Part shown: piece after piece, positions 8,652 through 19,409 of the stretch
How the letters are laid out: each line of letters begins with the position of its first letter
How positions within the stretch are numbered: the first letter of the stretch is position 1
Origin: Verrucomicrobiota bacterium
Lineage (GTDB): Bacteria; Verrucomicrobiota; Verrucomicrobiia; Limisphaerales; JADLHS01
Reading direction: 5' to 3'
DNA length: 64,000 nucleotides
NCBI GenBank assembly: GCA_037044975.1
Contig: JBAOIL010000025.1
Coordinates: forward strand, 502 to 64,501
Position numbers and translations under genes: made by a program
The notes under the pieces: model-generated
The model's database searches: none
What the model was told of the DNA's origin: nothing
The model's input: only the letters and a program-made list of their open reading frames with translations

Positions 8652-8960
8652 ATGGAAGTGTATTTTGACAATCTGACGGGGAAGGATGCGACGCTGGAGC
8701 AATTGGCGGAGGATGTGTCCGGGCTCGTGCGCGATGCCGAAACGCTGGTTCAGACCAGCGGCGCCACTTTATCGCAAGCGTCCCGGGCCGAGCTGGAGAG
8801 CACTCTGGCGCGGATGAAAGCCCACGGCGAGCAGATCAAGCAGCAGGCGTTGAGCGGCGCGCGCGCCACGGATCGGGTTATTCGCAAGTATCCCTATCAG
8901 TCCTTGGGCGTCGTGTTTGGCTTGGGCGTTGTGGCAGGCTTCCTCCTCCGACGGAAATAG
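8652..8960 (+). CDS. ElaB/YqjD/DUF883-family membrane-anchored protein
   Basis: 102 aa with a helical N-part and the C-terminal anchor YPYQSLGVVFGLGVVAGFLL typical of the family. Confidence 0.75.
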   Translation: MEVYFDNLTGKDATLEQLAEDVSGLVRDAETLVQTSGATLSQASRAELESTLARMKAHGEQIKQQALSGARATDRVIRKYPYQSLGVVFGLGVVAGFLLRRK

Positions 8961-9107
8961 GACGGAACGAAATCTGGACGGGGTCAAACAACCCACGGAA
9001 TCGTGGCGGGCTTGCCAAAGGACCTGCGACCGCTGGGTTATACTACCAGACACCTGATTTCGACTTCAGCCAAAGCCCCACAAGCGGGGTTAGTCAACAG
9101 TCCGCGG

Positions 9108-9740
9108 TCAGCCGATGCGACCCGGGGAGCCGAGCTGTTCCAACGCGCGTAGCGCTGCAGCGCTGCGGGTTTCCACCCCGAGGCTTTGGAAAATCTCCAG
9201 CATGTGTTTCTTCACCGTGGATTCGCTGATGCCAAGGATGGACGCGATATCGCCGTTGGTCTTGCCCTGCGCGACCCAGAGCAGCACCTCGGCGACGCGG
9301 GGCGTGAGCCCGAGCTTAAGCAGCGGTGCAAAGGAGGAAAAATCGGGCATGAACTCACGCTGCGTTTGTTGTTCCGCTCGGAGCAACCGCGCCTGGATGG
9401 CCTCGAGCAAATCCAGCCGCGCCACCGGTTTGGTGAGATAATCATCCGCGCCAAGGTTCATGCCGTTGCGCAAATCTTCCTTCTCGCCCTTGGCGGTCAG
9501 GAAGATGAACGGGATGGCCGCAGTGGCCTCATCCTGGCGTAAAGCGTCCAGCACCCCGTGGCCGTCGAGCTCGGGCATCATCACATCGCATAGGATCAAA
9601 TCCGGTTTGTCGCGTTGGACGGCCGCCAACCCGGCGCGACCATTCTCCGCGCCGACGGGCTGGAATTTTTCCAGTTTGAGGATGGTCAGCAAATTGCGCC
9701 GCATTTCCGGCTCATCTTCGATCACGAGTATCTTTTTCAT
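9108..9740 (-). CDS. response regulator, receiver + LuxR/NarL-type HTH
   Basis: KKILVIEDE, DLILCDVMMPELDG and FLTAK receiver motifs; C-terminal TNGDIASILGISESTVKKHM HTH. Confidence 0.9.
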   Translation of the reverse strand: MKKILVIEDEPEMRRNLLTILKLEKFQPVGAENGRAGLAAVQRDKPDLILCDVMMPELDGHGVLDALRQDEATAAIPFIFLTAKGEKEDLRNGMNLGADDYLTKPVARLDLLEAIQARLLRAEQQTQREFMPDFSSFAPLLKLGLTPRVAEVLLWVAQGKTNGDIASILGISESTVKKHMLEIFQSLGVETRSAAALRALEQLGSPGRIG

Positions 9741-12700
9741 TTTGCAGGTTGGTGGTTTTCAGCAAACAATGGCAGCCGGACGGTGACGGTGGTGCCGTGA
9801 CCCAGCGCGCTTTTGACGGTGATTCGGCCGCGATGCAATTCAACGCAGCGTTTCACAATCGTCAAGCCCAGGCCCGTGCCCGGCACATGGCTGGCGTTGG
9901 CCCCACGATGGAATGCACTGAACAGGCGCGGGAGGTCCGCCTCGGGAATTCCCAGGCCATGATCCCGGATGCGGCACACGGCATGGTCGCCGTCCCGCTC
10001 GATGGTAAAGTGCACCGGGCTCCCGGCCGGCGAATACTTCACGGCATTCGTGAGCAGATTGAGGAAGATGTGCTGCAGCAGACGTTCGTCGGCCCGGACG
10101 TGGGTGACCGTCGCCGGGGGCGAAACCTGAACCGGACATTTGTTGTTGGTCGCCGATTGGGTTTCCTCCACCAGCCGGCGACAGAAGGCCGGGAAGTCCA
10201 GCGCCGCGGGTTGGAAGTCCAGTTTGCCGGCCTCCACCATGCCGAGCACCAGCACCTCCTCCATCAAGTCCGCCATGCGTCGCGTGTTTTTTTGGATGGA
10301 CTGCAGTTGTTCGCGGCGGTCCTCCGGCGCGAGTTGGTCGAGATAATTCTCCAAAATCTCCGCCGAGGACATGATGACCCCCAGCGGAGTGCGGAACTCA
10401 TGCGACACCATCGAAACGAAATTACTCTTGAGCTGGCCGAGCTCCTTTTCGCGCGCGAGCGACTTGAGCAGTTCCGCTTCGGCCTGCTTGCGCTGGGCAA
10501 TGTTGTTGACGGCCGCCTGAATGATCTGTTTTCCGCCCCATTGAATGCGGGTGAGAATGACTTCAACTGGAATGTCTTCGCCGTTCTTGCGCCGCGCCAT
10601 CCATTCGAAGCGCACATGGCCCTGGCGGAGGCATTCTTGAATGTATGATTGCGCGAGCGTGGCGGTGACTTCGCCATTCGGCTGAATCGGCGGGGAGGTC
10701 TTGCTCGGGTGCAGGCCGATCAATTCGCTCGCGGAATTGTAGCCAAGGATTTGGACAATGGCCGGATTCACCTCCAAGTATTGATGTTCGTCATGCAACA
10801 TGATGCCCTGGCTGGAGGCCAGGAAGAGCGCGCGAAATTTCTCCTCGGATTCGCGCAACGCCGCCTCCGCCAGTTGGCGTTGCGTGATGTCCTCCACGAT
10901 GCCCCAGATTTCATCGTCGCCCCCGGGGGTCCGGATCAGCATGCCGTTGATGACGATGGGCACGCGGCGACCGTCGCGATGGAGGTATTCCTTCTCGAAG
11001 GGACCGAAGCGACCCGTTCTCTGCAGCGTGGCCAGTACCGTCCGTTCCTGGGCTTCATATTCGCGCGGCGTGACGTCCCAGTAACTCAACGCCAGCACCT
11101 CAGCCGGTTGCCGACCGATGATCCGGGCGAAGGAGGCATTCACCTGGAGAAAACGCCCGTCCCAACTCACGCGCGCCATGCCGAGCGGCGACAAGGCGAA
11201 CAGCGCCTTGAACTTCTCCTCGGACTCACGCAGCAACTGCTCCGAACGCGCCCGGTGCGATTCTTCCAGCGCGAGCGAAATCATCGCGGCCAGTGAGGAG
11301 GCAAAATCAATTTCCTCCGCCGACCATTCGCGGGCCGGGCCGATGTGCTCATGGCAGATGACGCCAACTACCTCGCCGCGCACCCAAACCGGAACGTCCA
11401 ACAGCGACGTGATAGCCAGGGGTTTCAAATAACTCTCAACAAGACCGGCGGTCGCCGGATGCGACACCACATCCCCGGCGGCGATGGGTCGTTTGAGGGC
11501 CAATGCGCTAAAATAAGCCGGCGCGTCCGCCATGCTCAGGCGCGTGCCTTTGAATCCCTCATCCACGGTATCGCTTGGGCGCCGATGCATTAATTCACAT
11601 ACAAGCGCGGAATCGTTTTCCTGGAGTGACCAATAGCTGACGCGGGCAACTTCCATGGTGGTCGCGGCCCGGGCAGTAATGGTTCGCAGCGCCCGGTCGA
11701 AATCGGATTTGTCGGCGCGCGCGAGTTTCAAAAGGACGTCGCGGTGTCTTTGGATCTGTTGACTCCGTTGCCGCAGCGCTTCCTCGACGCGTTTGTGCTC
11801 AGTATTATCAATGATGCTGGCCCGCAGCAGATTCTTGCCGCCGGCGGGCAAGCGAACCAATCGCACCTCGGTCGGAACGATCCGGCCGGACCGTTGCTGG
11901 TGCAGCCACTCAAAAACGGGCGTCTGTCCCGCGATGGCCTGATTGATCCAGTCCCGCGCCGCGTCCGCCGAACGGCGGCCATCCGGCTGGAACTCCGGAC
12001 TCACATCCGCCGGACCGATCTGGGTCAACTCCTCCGGTCCGCAGCCGTAAAGCTTCTGCGCATGCACATTCGAGCTGAGAAATTTTCCCGTGTCGCCGTC
12101 GAACACGACGATGGCCTCGGGCGCATGGTCCACAATCGTCCGCAAGCGCGCCTCGCTCGTGGTAAGCTCCGCCGTGCGTTCGGCGATGCGTTGTTCGAGC
12201 GAGGCATTGAGCTTCCGGATTTCGTCGGCGGCATGCTTGCGCTCCGTGATGTCGGCGACCGAGCCGACGTGGTAGAGCACTTTCCCGGTGCCTTCATCGC
12301 GCACCGCAATGCTGTTCGTCAAACCCCACCACGGAGCGCCGTCGCGGCGGAGGTATTCGATCTCCTCGTTCCGAAAGCAGCCATGGCGCGCCATCAGTTC
12401 CAGTAAACGGACGCGATCCGCCGGATGGGCGTATAGCTGCTCGCGGGGTACCTGTCGCATCTCTTCAAGCGAGCGGTAACCCGACATCCGGAGATACGCG
12501 CGGTTGGCAAAAATCAGTCCGTGGTTGGGGTCGGTGCGATAGATCGCCTCCGAAATGTTGTCGGCCACAGACACGAGCAATTGCTGATTGTCGCGCAATT
12601 CATGCTCGGTACGCTTGCGCTCGGTGATGTCGCGCGAAACCGAAAGCAGGAGCGGTCGTTCGCCACCCCGGATGAGCGTTAGCACAATTTCGACCGGAAT

Positions 12701-13054
12701 TTCGGCGGCGTCGAAACGGGTGATCATCCATTCGAAACGATGGCTGCCGTGTTGCAAGGCGAGTTGAATCACCGCCTTGGCCATGTCCGCTGAGCGAGCG
12801 CCGTCGGGCTGAAGTTCCGGTGCAATGACCGTGGGATTGCTGCCGACCAGGGCCGCCTTGTTGGGCGCACCGGTGAGTTGGATCAAGGCGGCATTCACAT
12901 CCAGGAATGCGCCGGTCCGCGGGTCCTGCAGCGCAATGGCATCCGCGCTTCGCTCAAACAACAAGCGGAACATGGACTCACTGTCCCTCATCGCTGTCTC
13001 GGTGGCACTGGGTCTTTCGGTCCATTTACGGTCCGCTGGGGATTCGTTAAACAT
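9737..13054 (-). CDS. multi-PAS/GAF sensor histidine kinase
   Basis: 1105-aa ORF with H-box SMVSHEFRTPLGVI, N-box LNLLTNAVKYS and G-boxes DHGLGIP / GTGLGLTIV, plus repeated PAS-like units. Overlaps the regulator gene by 4 nt. Confidence 0.9.
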   Translation of the reverse strand: MFNESPADRKWTERPSATETAMRDSESMFRLLFERSADAIALQDPRTGAFLDVNAALIQLTGAPNKAALVGSNPTVIAPELQPDGARSADMAKAVIQLALQHGSHRFEWMITRFDAAEIPVEIVLTLIRGGERPLLLSVSRDITERKRTEHELRDNQQLLVSVADNISEAIYRTDPNHGLIFANRAYLRMSGYRSLEEMRQVPREQLYAHPADRVRLLELMARHGCFRNEEIEYLRRDGAPWWGLTNSIAVRDEGTGKVLYHVGSVADITERKHAADEIRKLNASLEQRIAERTAELTTSEARLRTIVDHAPEAIVVFDGDTGKFLSSNVHAQKLYGCGPEELTQIGPADVSPEFQPDGRRSADAARDWINQAIAGQTPVFEWLHQQRSGRIVPTEVRLVRLPAGGKNLLRASIIDNTEHKRVEEALRQRSQQIQRHRDVLLKLARADKSDFDRALRTITARAATTMEVARVSYWSLQENDSALVCELMHRRPSDTVDEGFKGTRLSMADAPAYFSALALKRPIAAGDVVSHPATAGLVESYLKPLAITSLLDVPVWVRGEVVGVICHEHIGPAREWSAEEIDFASSLAAMISLALEESHRARSEQLLRESEEKFKALFALSPLGMARVSWDGRFLQVNASFARIIGRQPAEVLALSYWDVTPREYEAQERTVLATLQRTGRFGPFEKEYLHRDGRRVPIVINGMLIRTPGGDDEIWGIVEDITQRQLAEAALRESEEKFRALFLASSQGIMLHDEHQYLEVNPAIVQILGYNSASELIGLHPSKTSPPIQPNGEVTATLAQSYIQECLRQGHVRFEWMARRKNGEDIPVEVILTRIQWGGKQIIQAAVNNIAQRKQAEAELLKSLAREKELGQLKSNFVSMVSHEFRTPLGVIMSSAEILENYLDQLAPEDRREQLQSIQKNTRRMADLMEEVLVLGMVEAGKLDFQPAALDFPAFCRRLVEETQSATNNKCPVQVSPPATVTHVRADERLLQHIFLNLLTNAVKYSPAGSPVHFTIERDGDHAVCRIRDHGLGIPEADLPRLFSAFHRGANASHVPGTGLGLTIVKRCVELHRGRITVKSALGHGTTVTVRLPLFAENHQPAK

Positions 13055-13141
13055 GACGCCGTGAAACTGAAACTGAATTTATCACTGACCGCGAAGCCAG
13101 CGCAACGCTGCGCATCGCCGGTGACAACGGAAACCCAACTT

Positions 13142-13393
13142 ATGAAAATCCCTACGCCCGCTACCGTCGCTTCGCCCACTCGAAAGAACCCGTCGTTCGA
13201 CTTGTTGACCGCGCGCGCCCCCAAGCCCATCCGGATTTCATCGCCGATCATCGCCGCGCGCCCAATCTTTCGGGGCGACAAATCCTATCTGCGCGCACTG
13301 CGCGCCGCGGAGATGGAGGTCTGGAACGCGCGCATCAAGTTCCCGACGTTCATAACGCTGCTCTTCGCGATTGTAAATGCCGTCGCAAAGTAA
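13142..13393 (+). CDS. hypothetical small protein
   Basis: 83-aa ATG ORF. Third-codon positions are about 80% G/C by hand count, as expected for a real frame in this genome. No recognisable motif; it may start further upstream. Confidence 0.35.
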   Translation: MKIPTPATVASPTRKNPSFDLLTARAPKPIRISSPIIAARPIFRGDKSYLRALRAAEMEVWNARIKFPTFITLLFAIVNAVAK

Positions 13394-13437
13394 AATCCAA
13401 ACAACCGGTTCACCCAACAATCCTAATAATAAACTAG

Positions 13438-14010
13438 ATGAAAATGAAATATCTGTTCCCCATAACGTTCCTGGCCGGCACCGGCGTGCTGTTGCTTCTT
13501 GGCAACACACCCCCGGCGAAGGCCAAAACCCAAACGCGCGTCCAACGCGGCGAATACCTGGTCAAATTTGGCGACTGCACGGCCTGTCACACGCCGTTGA
13601 AGTTCGGCCCGAACGGGCCGGAGCCGGACCTGGCCCGATTTCTCTCCGGCCATCCCGCGGACACGAAGCTGCCACCGCCGGATTTGAAACCCGGACCATG
13701 GTTTGCCGCCACGGCGGGCATGACCGCGTGGACGGGGCCGTGGGGAATCAGTTACGCCGCTAATCTAACGCCGGACGCCAACACTGGTTTGGGCATCTGG
13801 ACGGAGGACATGTTCCTCCGTGCCATGCGCACCGGGAAACACATGGGCGCCGGACGACCGATCCTGCCGCCGATGCCCTGGCAGGCTTCCGCAACCTTGA
13901 GTGACGACGACCTCAAGGCAGTCTTCGCCTATTTGCGCAGCCTCCCAGCCATCCGGAATCAAGTGCCGACTCCGATCGGTCCGGAAGGTCAACCGACCGT
14001 TAACGAATAG
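13438..14010 (+). CDS. c-type cytochrome, secreted
   Basis: Signal peptide, a single CTACH haem-binding motif and a distal PPMPW Met-ligand region. Confidence 0.8.
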   Translation: MKMKYLFPITFLAGTGVLLLLGNTPPAKAKTQTRVQRGEYLVKFGDCTACHTPLKFGPNGPEPDLARFLSGHPADTKLPPPDLKPGPWFAATAGMTAWTGPWGISYAANLTPDANTGLGIWTEDMFLRAMRTGKHMGAGRPILPPMPWQASATLSDDDLKAVFAYLRSLPAIRNQVPTPIGPEGQPTVNE

Positions 14011-14038
14011 AACCAAGATCCCAGCTCAAATCCAAACC

Positions 14039-15136
14039 ATGAACACCTTGACCCTGCCTGAACCCGCGGTCGCGGGACGTCCGGCCAACGGAATCAATCA
14101 CGCCCACATCCCACCCCGAATCGCCAAGATTCCAGCGCCCACCCCGAATCACATCCTGCAAACGGGCTTGGGCTTTTGGGCGTCGAAAACCTTGTTGAGC
14201 GCGACTGAACTTGGCGTGTTTACCGAACTCGCAAAGGGTTCGTTGGACGCGGACACCTTGCGATTGCGCTTGGGCATCCACGAACGCAGTGCGCTCGACT
14301 TCTTCGACGCATTGGTCGCCCTCCGATTTCTGGAACGACAAAACGGCCGTTACACAAATACGCCGGAGAGTGATCTGTTTCTGGACCGCAACAAGCCCTC
14401 GTACGTCGGCGGCATTTTGGAAATGAGCAACGCCTGGCTGTTTGGGTTTTGGAACTCGCTAACGGAAGCCTTGCGCACCGGCCAGCCGCAGAATGAAGGG
14501 AAAAGCGGTGAGGACTTTTTCGGCAAGCTCTATGCCTCGCCGGAAAAATTGGCAGGTTTTCTCCAGGCAATGACCGGCCTCAGCCTCGGCACTGCGCACG
14601 CCATCGCGGAGAAATTTCCCTGGGCGGAATATCGCAGCGTGGCCGACGTGGGTGCGGCTCAGGGTGCCGTGCCGGTGCAACTGGCGCTGGCGCACCCGCA
14701 TCTCACGGCGGTGGGATACGATCTGCCAGTCGTGCGCCCGATCTTCGAAGAATATGCCCGATCTCACAGCGTCGCGAACCGCGTCCGCTTCCAATCCGGC
14801 GATTTCTTCAAAGACCCCTTGCCCAAGGTGGACGTGATCATCATGGGGCACATTCTGCATGATTGGAATCTGGAGCAGAAGTGGCGCTTGATTCAAAAAG
14901 CGTACGACGCGTTGCCCAAAGGCGGGGCGTTCATCGTGTATGAGGTCTTGATTGACGACGACCGCCGCGAAAACGCCCTGGGTTTGCTGATGAGTCTCAA
15001 CATGCTCATTGAGACCCCCGGCGGTTTTGATTACACCGGGGCGGATTGCCGGGGATGGATGCGTGCCGCCGGCTTCCGCGCGACGCGTGTCGAACCCCTC
15101 GTCGGCCCGGACTCAATGGTCATCGGCATCAAGTAA
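14039..15136 (+). CDS. class I SAM-dependent O-methyltransferase (family 2, COMT/ASMT-like)
   Basis: [11 protein letters not shown] glycine-rich SAM motif and a helical N-terminal dimerisation-type region. ATG 14039 was chosen because the longer ORF overlaps the cytochrome gene. Confidence 0.8.
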   Translation: MNTLTLPEPAVAGRPANGINHAHIPPRIAKIPAPTPNHILQTGLGFWASKTLLSATELGVFTELAKGSLDADTLRLRLGIHERSALDFFDALVALRFLERQNGRYTNTPESDLFLDRNKPSYVGGILEMSNAWLFGFWNSLTEALRTGQPQNEGKSGEDFFGKLYASPEKLAGFLQAMTGLSLGTAHAIAEKFPWAEYRSVADVGAAQGAVPVQLALAHPHLTAVGYDLPVVRPIFEEYARSHSVANRVRFQSGDFFKDPLPKVDVIIMGHILHDWNLEQKWRLIQKAYDALPKGGAFIVYEVLIDDDRRENALGLLMSLNMLIETPGGFDYTGADCRGWMRAAGFRATRVEPLVGPDSMVIGIK

Positions 15137-15235
15137 AGCGCGGCAACGGTCCAGTCGATCAAAGGTCGCAAGTTGGCCTCCGGGATGCAGTTTTCGCACT
15201 ATTGCAACTTCTGACAAACCACCCACATTGAGCAT

Positions 15236-16522
15236 GTGATCGAGAGCAAACAGAGGCACGTTGTCGTGCTCGGGGCGGGTTTCGGCGGCTTGACGTTCTG
15301 CCAGACTTTCAGGCATCCAGCCGCACGCATCACCGTCGTCGACCGTACCAATCATCACCTGTTCCAACCCCTGCTCTACCAGGTGGCGGCCTGCGGGTTG
15401 TCGGCTCCGGAGATCGCCCAACCGATCCGCGGTATCCTCTCCCACCGCACCGACATCACCGTGTTGTTCAACCGGGTCGTCAGCTTTGACCTTGTTAAGC
15501 AACAGGTGCAACTCGAAAAGGGCAAGCTCGACTATGACTATCTCGTTCTGGCAATGGGCGGCCAAACCGGCTACTTCGGGCATCCTGAGTGGGAACGATT
15601 CGCGCCGGGATTAAAGACTCTGGACGATGCGTTGCGCATCCGTAGCAAAATCCTCCTCGCCTTCGAGCAGGCCGAGAACGAAAACAATCCGGCCGAGCGT
15701 GATCGCCTGCTGACCACGGTTGTCGTCGGTGGCGGCCCAACCGGGGTGGAGCTTGCTGGGGCGTTTGCCGAACTGGCACGCACGGTCTTGAACCGCGACT
15801 TCCGCCGCATTGATCCCACCAAAGCGCGCATCCTTCTCATCGAGGGCTCACCACTCGTCCTCTCGCATCTGCCACCCGACCTCTCTGCCAGCGCGCAACG
15901 CCAGCTCGAAGGTCTCGGCGTGCAGATCCGGAATAACATCCACGTGAAAGACATTCGCGCCGGCGAAGTCGAGCTCGCCAATGGCGAAATCATTTGCGCG
16001 GGCAACATCATTTGGGCTGCCGGCGTTTCGGCCACGCCTTTGACGAGGAAGCTCGGGGTTAAACTCGACAAAGCCGGGCGCGTGAAGGCGAATCCCGACC
16101 TCAGCCTGCCCGGTCATCCGGAAGTCTTTGCCATCGGCGACATGGCGCTGGTATTGCAGGAGAGCGGCCAGCCTGTGCCCGGCGTTTCCCCAGCCGCCAT
16201 GCAGATGGGTAGACACGTGGCGAAGATCATCGAAAGGGAGATCAACTCGCACGACCAACCCTTGAGCCGGGCTGCTTTCAAGTATCGGGACAAGGGAACC
16301 ATGGCAACCATCGGTCGCTCGGCCGCCGTGGCTTGGCTTGGCCGGTTCAAATGCTCCGGTTTTCCCGCATGGCTGGCATGGCTGTTCATCCACTTGATCT
16401 TCCTCATCGGCTTCCGTAACCGGCTCGCCGTGCTTTTCCAGTGGACCTGGTCCTACTTCTCCTTCAATCGAAGCGCACGGATCATCACCTACGCGCCTCC
16501 GGATTCATCGGAGACAAAATAA
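15236..16522 (+). CDS. ndh: type II NADH:quinone oxidoreductase (NDH-2)
   Basis: Two dinucleotide folds, HVVVLGAGFGG and VVVGGGPTGVELAG, plus a C-terminal membrane-anchoring segment; GTG start. Confidence 0.85.
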   Translation: MIESKQRHVVVLGAGFGGLTFCQTFRHPAARITVVDRTNHHLFQPLLYQVAACGLSAPEIAQPIRGILSHRTDITVLFNRVVSFDLVKQQVQLEKGKLDYDYLVLAMGGQTGYFGHPEWERFAPGLKTLDDALRIRSKILLAFEQAENENNPAERDRLLTTVVVGGGPTGVELAGAFAELARTVLNRDFRRIDPTKARILLIEGSPLVLSHLPPDLSASAQRQLEGLGVQIRNNIHVKDIRAGEVELANGEIICAGNIIWAAGVSATPLTRKLGVKLDKAGRVKANPDLSLPGHPEVFAIGDMALVLQESGQPVPGVSPAAMQMGRHVAKIIEREINSHDQPLSRAAFKYRDKGTMATIGRSAAVAWLGRFKCSGFPAWLAWLFIHLIFLIGFRNRLAVLFQWTWSYFSFNRSARIITYAPPDSSETK

Positions 16523-16584
16523 ACCGGCAAGCTGCGATTAACATTTTAAACCGGGTGCTTGCAATGCAACCAACTGGTTGCATA

Positions 16585-16920
16585 ATGTTCCGCGAGATGG
16601 ATGCAGTGTTCAAAGCCTTGGCGGACGAAAGCAGGCGCGCGTTGCTCGACCAGTTGCATAAGAGCAACGGGCAGACGCTGGGTGAATTGTGTGAACACCT
16701 CGACATGACACGGCAGGCGGTCACCAAACACCTGCTGTTGCTGGAGGACGCGAAGCTGGTCGTCGTCGTCTGGCGCGGGCGCGAGAAACTGCATTACCTC
16801 AATCCCGTGCCGTTGCAGGAGATCTACGGGCGCTGGATCGGCAAATACGAACGCCATCGTCTTCAGGCGTTGAGCGATTTGAAAAAAGGTCTCGAAGACA
16901 ATAAAACCAAGAAAGAATGA
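16585..16920 (+). CDS. ArsR/SmtB-family transcriptional regulator
   Basis: FKALADESRRALLDQL...LGELCEHLDMTRQAVTKHL wHTH; 111 aa from ATG 16585. Confidence 0.85.
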   Translation: MFREMDAVFKALADESRRALLDQLHKSNGQTLGELCEHLDMTRQAVTKHLLLLEDAKLVVVVWRGREKLHYLNPVPLQEIYGRWIGKYERHRLQALSDLKKGLEDNKTKKE

Positions 16921-16924
16921 CACC

Positions 16925-17359
16925 ATGCAAAAGCCAAAGTTCGTTTACACCACCTACATCCGCTCCACGCCTAAGAAGACGTGGGACGCCATCTGCAAAC
17001 CCGAATTCACCCGCCAGTATTGGGGCGAAATGACCAACGTCTCCGATTGGAAAAAGGGATCGAAATGGGAGCACCACAACCCGGAGCATGAAGTCTGGGT
17101 CACAGGCAAGGTGATCGAAAGCATTCCCACCAAACGGCTGGTGCTGACGTGGGCCGACCCGGACGATCTCGCGGACAAATCGCGCGTCACGTTTGAGATC
17201 GAAGCGATGGAAGACATGACCTGCCTCACGGTCACCCACGGAAGTTTCACGGCCGGTTCGACGATGGTGAAGAAAGTTTCCGGCGGCTGGCCGCGTGTGC
17301 TTTCCAGCCTGAAAACCTTTCTGGAAACCGGCAAGGGACTCAACATCTTCTGCAAGTAG
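16925..17359 (+). CDS. SRPBCC-superfamily (AHSA1/START-like) protein
   Basis: 144 aa; this pairing directly downstream of an ArsR regulator is the usual arrangement. Confidence 0.7.
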   Translation: MQKPKFVYTTYIRSTPKKTWDAICKPEFTRQYWGEMTNVSDWKKGSKWEHHNPEHEVWVTGKVIESIPTKRLVLTWADPDDLADKSRVTFEIEAMEDMTCLTVTHGSFTAGSTMVKKVSGGWPRVLSSLKTFLETGKGLNIFCK

Positions 17360-17368
17360 CGCGCATTG

Positions 17369-17694
17369 CGGAGCGCGGCTGGACCGCAAGGCCAGCCGCA
17401 GCGTGTGGAGAGTTTGGATGCATCCGGATTAAACCACGTTCTGCGGCTGATCGGCGCTGGTAGCGCGGGCAGTCCTCTGCCCGCCGCCGGTTGCCAACGG
17501 AAGAGTTCTTGTTTACGAGAGCGGCGCGCACGGAGTGACGCGCCCCACCTGCCGATTGACGTGCGCAAATCCTTTTCCAGCCGGGCGAAGGCGCGTTCAA
17601 AGGCGGCGGGGTTTGGTAGCGGCGGTCTGTGACCGTCACGGGTGGGGCGGTTCGTTTGTCCTCTGGCCGAGGCGAGGCGTCCAGCCCGCTCCGG
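17369..17694. repeat. possible ~326-bp inverted-repeat-bounded intergenic element
   Basis: cggagcgcggctggacc (17369-17385) versus gtccagcccgctccgg (17679-17694), complementary with one gap. The ends resemble those of the 2254-2371 element. Confidence 0.35.
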
Positions 17695-17722
17695 CCAACG
17701 GTTTCAGCCACAACCGAAAACC

Positions 17723-18827
17723 CTATGGCCTCCGCACACAGCGAAAGCCTCTAGCAGATAATGCGGCCGTATTGCCCGAAGTTTGGCGATTTGCTACGCG
17801 GCAATACCCTTCGCTCAAGCCCGGGCCACCGCCACGAAGAATAACCAGATTGCGATTACTGCCCGGATCTTGCAGTAACCCCGTTGGATTATTCGTGGTC
17901 GGCAGGCCATAGCCCGGCAGCCCTCCCCCCCCCAGTATAGTCCCAGACCATTTGCGGCCTATTTCCCGCCATATCATAGAGACCATAAAAGTTGGGGGGA
18001 TACGAACCCACCGGGGTGGTCCCGCCGATATTGAGGCCGTAGTTGGCCTGGCTCGGGCTGATGGTGTCACCCCAAGGATAACGCGCCCCGACAAGTTGGC
18101 CCCGGGCCGCTTTTTCCCACTCGGCTTCCGTGGGCAAACGATAGCCTTTGCTGTTCAAATTTTGATAGCAATGAGTTGATGTGCCGTTGGTCGCGCTTCT
18201 CATCACGACGGTAAAGCCAGCGTCCAAGTAATAGCAGGGGGCCAAGCCCGCCATTTCCGACCGCGCATTACACCACAGCACACTGCTCTGCCAATGAATA
18301 TTCCCTACTGGGTGGTTCGGTCCCGCCCCAGCTCCGGGACTCAGAAAGCTATAACCATGGTTTGTGGCCCAATTATAGACCGTCTGCCATTGGCTGTAAC
18401 TAACCAGGTTGGTGTCCATGTAGAAGCTGGACACAAAGACGTTCGTGGGCAGGGCATTGGTAATACCATCAGCGTCGGTTCCGCCATCCAGCGTATCGCC
18501 CATGATGAACGAACCGCCCGGAATCAGCACCGTGCCATCGGCGGCGAAGAAGTTGGTGTTAATACCCTGCAGTCGGTAGAACATGGGCACGCTGACGGAA
18601 ATGGTGCCGTTGGAGGCGACGGTCACGCGGGTCAACGACGACCAGTCCGCCGACCAAGGCCCGGCCAACGACGACGCCCATTCCACGGTGGCATAGCTGC
18701 CGGGGTAAAGGCCCGAGCCGACCAGGGTGCCGTTCTGGCTGAGGGCGGCGATCGGTGTCTGGGCGGTGGCGGAGTGAACGCCCGCCAGCAAGGCGAGCGC
18801 GAGGATTAGATGTGTGATAGTCTTCAT
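17723..18827 (-). pseudogene. formylglycine-generating-enzyme (SUMF1/EgtB/PvdO) family protein, frame broken at a G9 tract
   Basis: [14 protein letters not shown] and LYDMAGN lie in ORF 17889-18827. The conserved C-terminus NNPTG...RGGG...CRVANR...GFRCVRRP lies in ORF 17723-18094. The switch is at the C9/G9 run 17925-17933. Confidence 0.75.
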
Positions 18828-18923
18828 GTCTAAGTCTTATGTCAGACTAGCCGAATGATTTTGGCATTGGCGAGCTATTTTGTCGGCGGGATTCCAGCTC
18901 GTGAGGACACTCGCCCTACCGGT

Positions 18924-19343
18924 TTACTTCGGCATTTCCAACTTCACCTTCGCCGCCACTTGCGCCACGCCTTTGTCGCCGCGACCGGAGAGGTTCACGA
19001 TGATCAGCGCGTCCTTGCTCATCTTCGGTGCGCGGACGATGCATTCGGCCACGGCGTGCGCGCTTTCGAGGGCGGGGATGATGCCTTCCAGCCGCGCGAG
19101 TTTCATGAAGGCTTCGAGCGCTTTGTCATCGGTGGCGTAAGTGTAGTCCACGCGGGTGGCATCACGCAGAAAGGCGTGTTCCGGCCCAACGGCGGCGTAA
19201 TCCAGCCCGGCGCTGACGCTGTGGGTGGATTGAATCTGGCCGAATTCATCCTGCAAAATGTAACTGCGCGTGCCTTGCAACACACCGAGCGAGCCGCCTT
19301 GAAACCGCGCCGCGTGTTGCTCGGGCCGGATGCCGAGTCCGCC
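18924..19343 (-). pseudogene. duplicated 3' fragment of trpB (C-terminal ~135 codons, no start)
   Basis: 18941-19343 matches 20522-20924 with 9 mismatches in 403 nt by hand alignment; homology stops abruptly at 19343. Confidence 0.85.
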
Positions 19344-19409
19344 GGCTTTCGCGCGACGCGCGTCGAATCCCTCGCCGGCCCGGACTCAATGGTCATCGGT
19401 ATCAAGTAA
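19339..19409 (+). pseudogene. duplicated 3' fragment of the O-methyltransferase gene
   Basis: The 71 nt match 15066-15136 with 5 mismatches and encode [20 protein letters not shown], compared with [20 protein letters not shown] in the intact gene. Confidence 0.8.
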
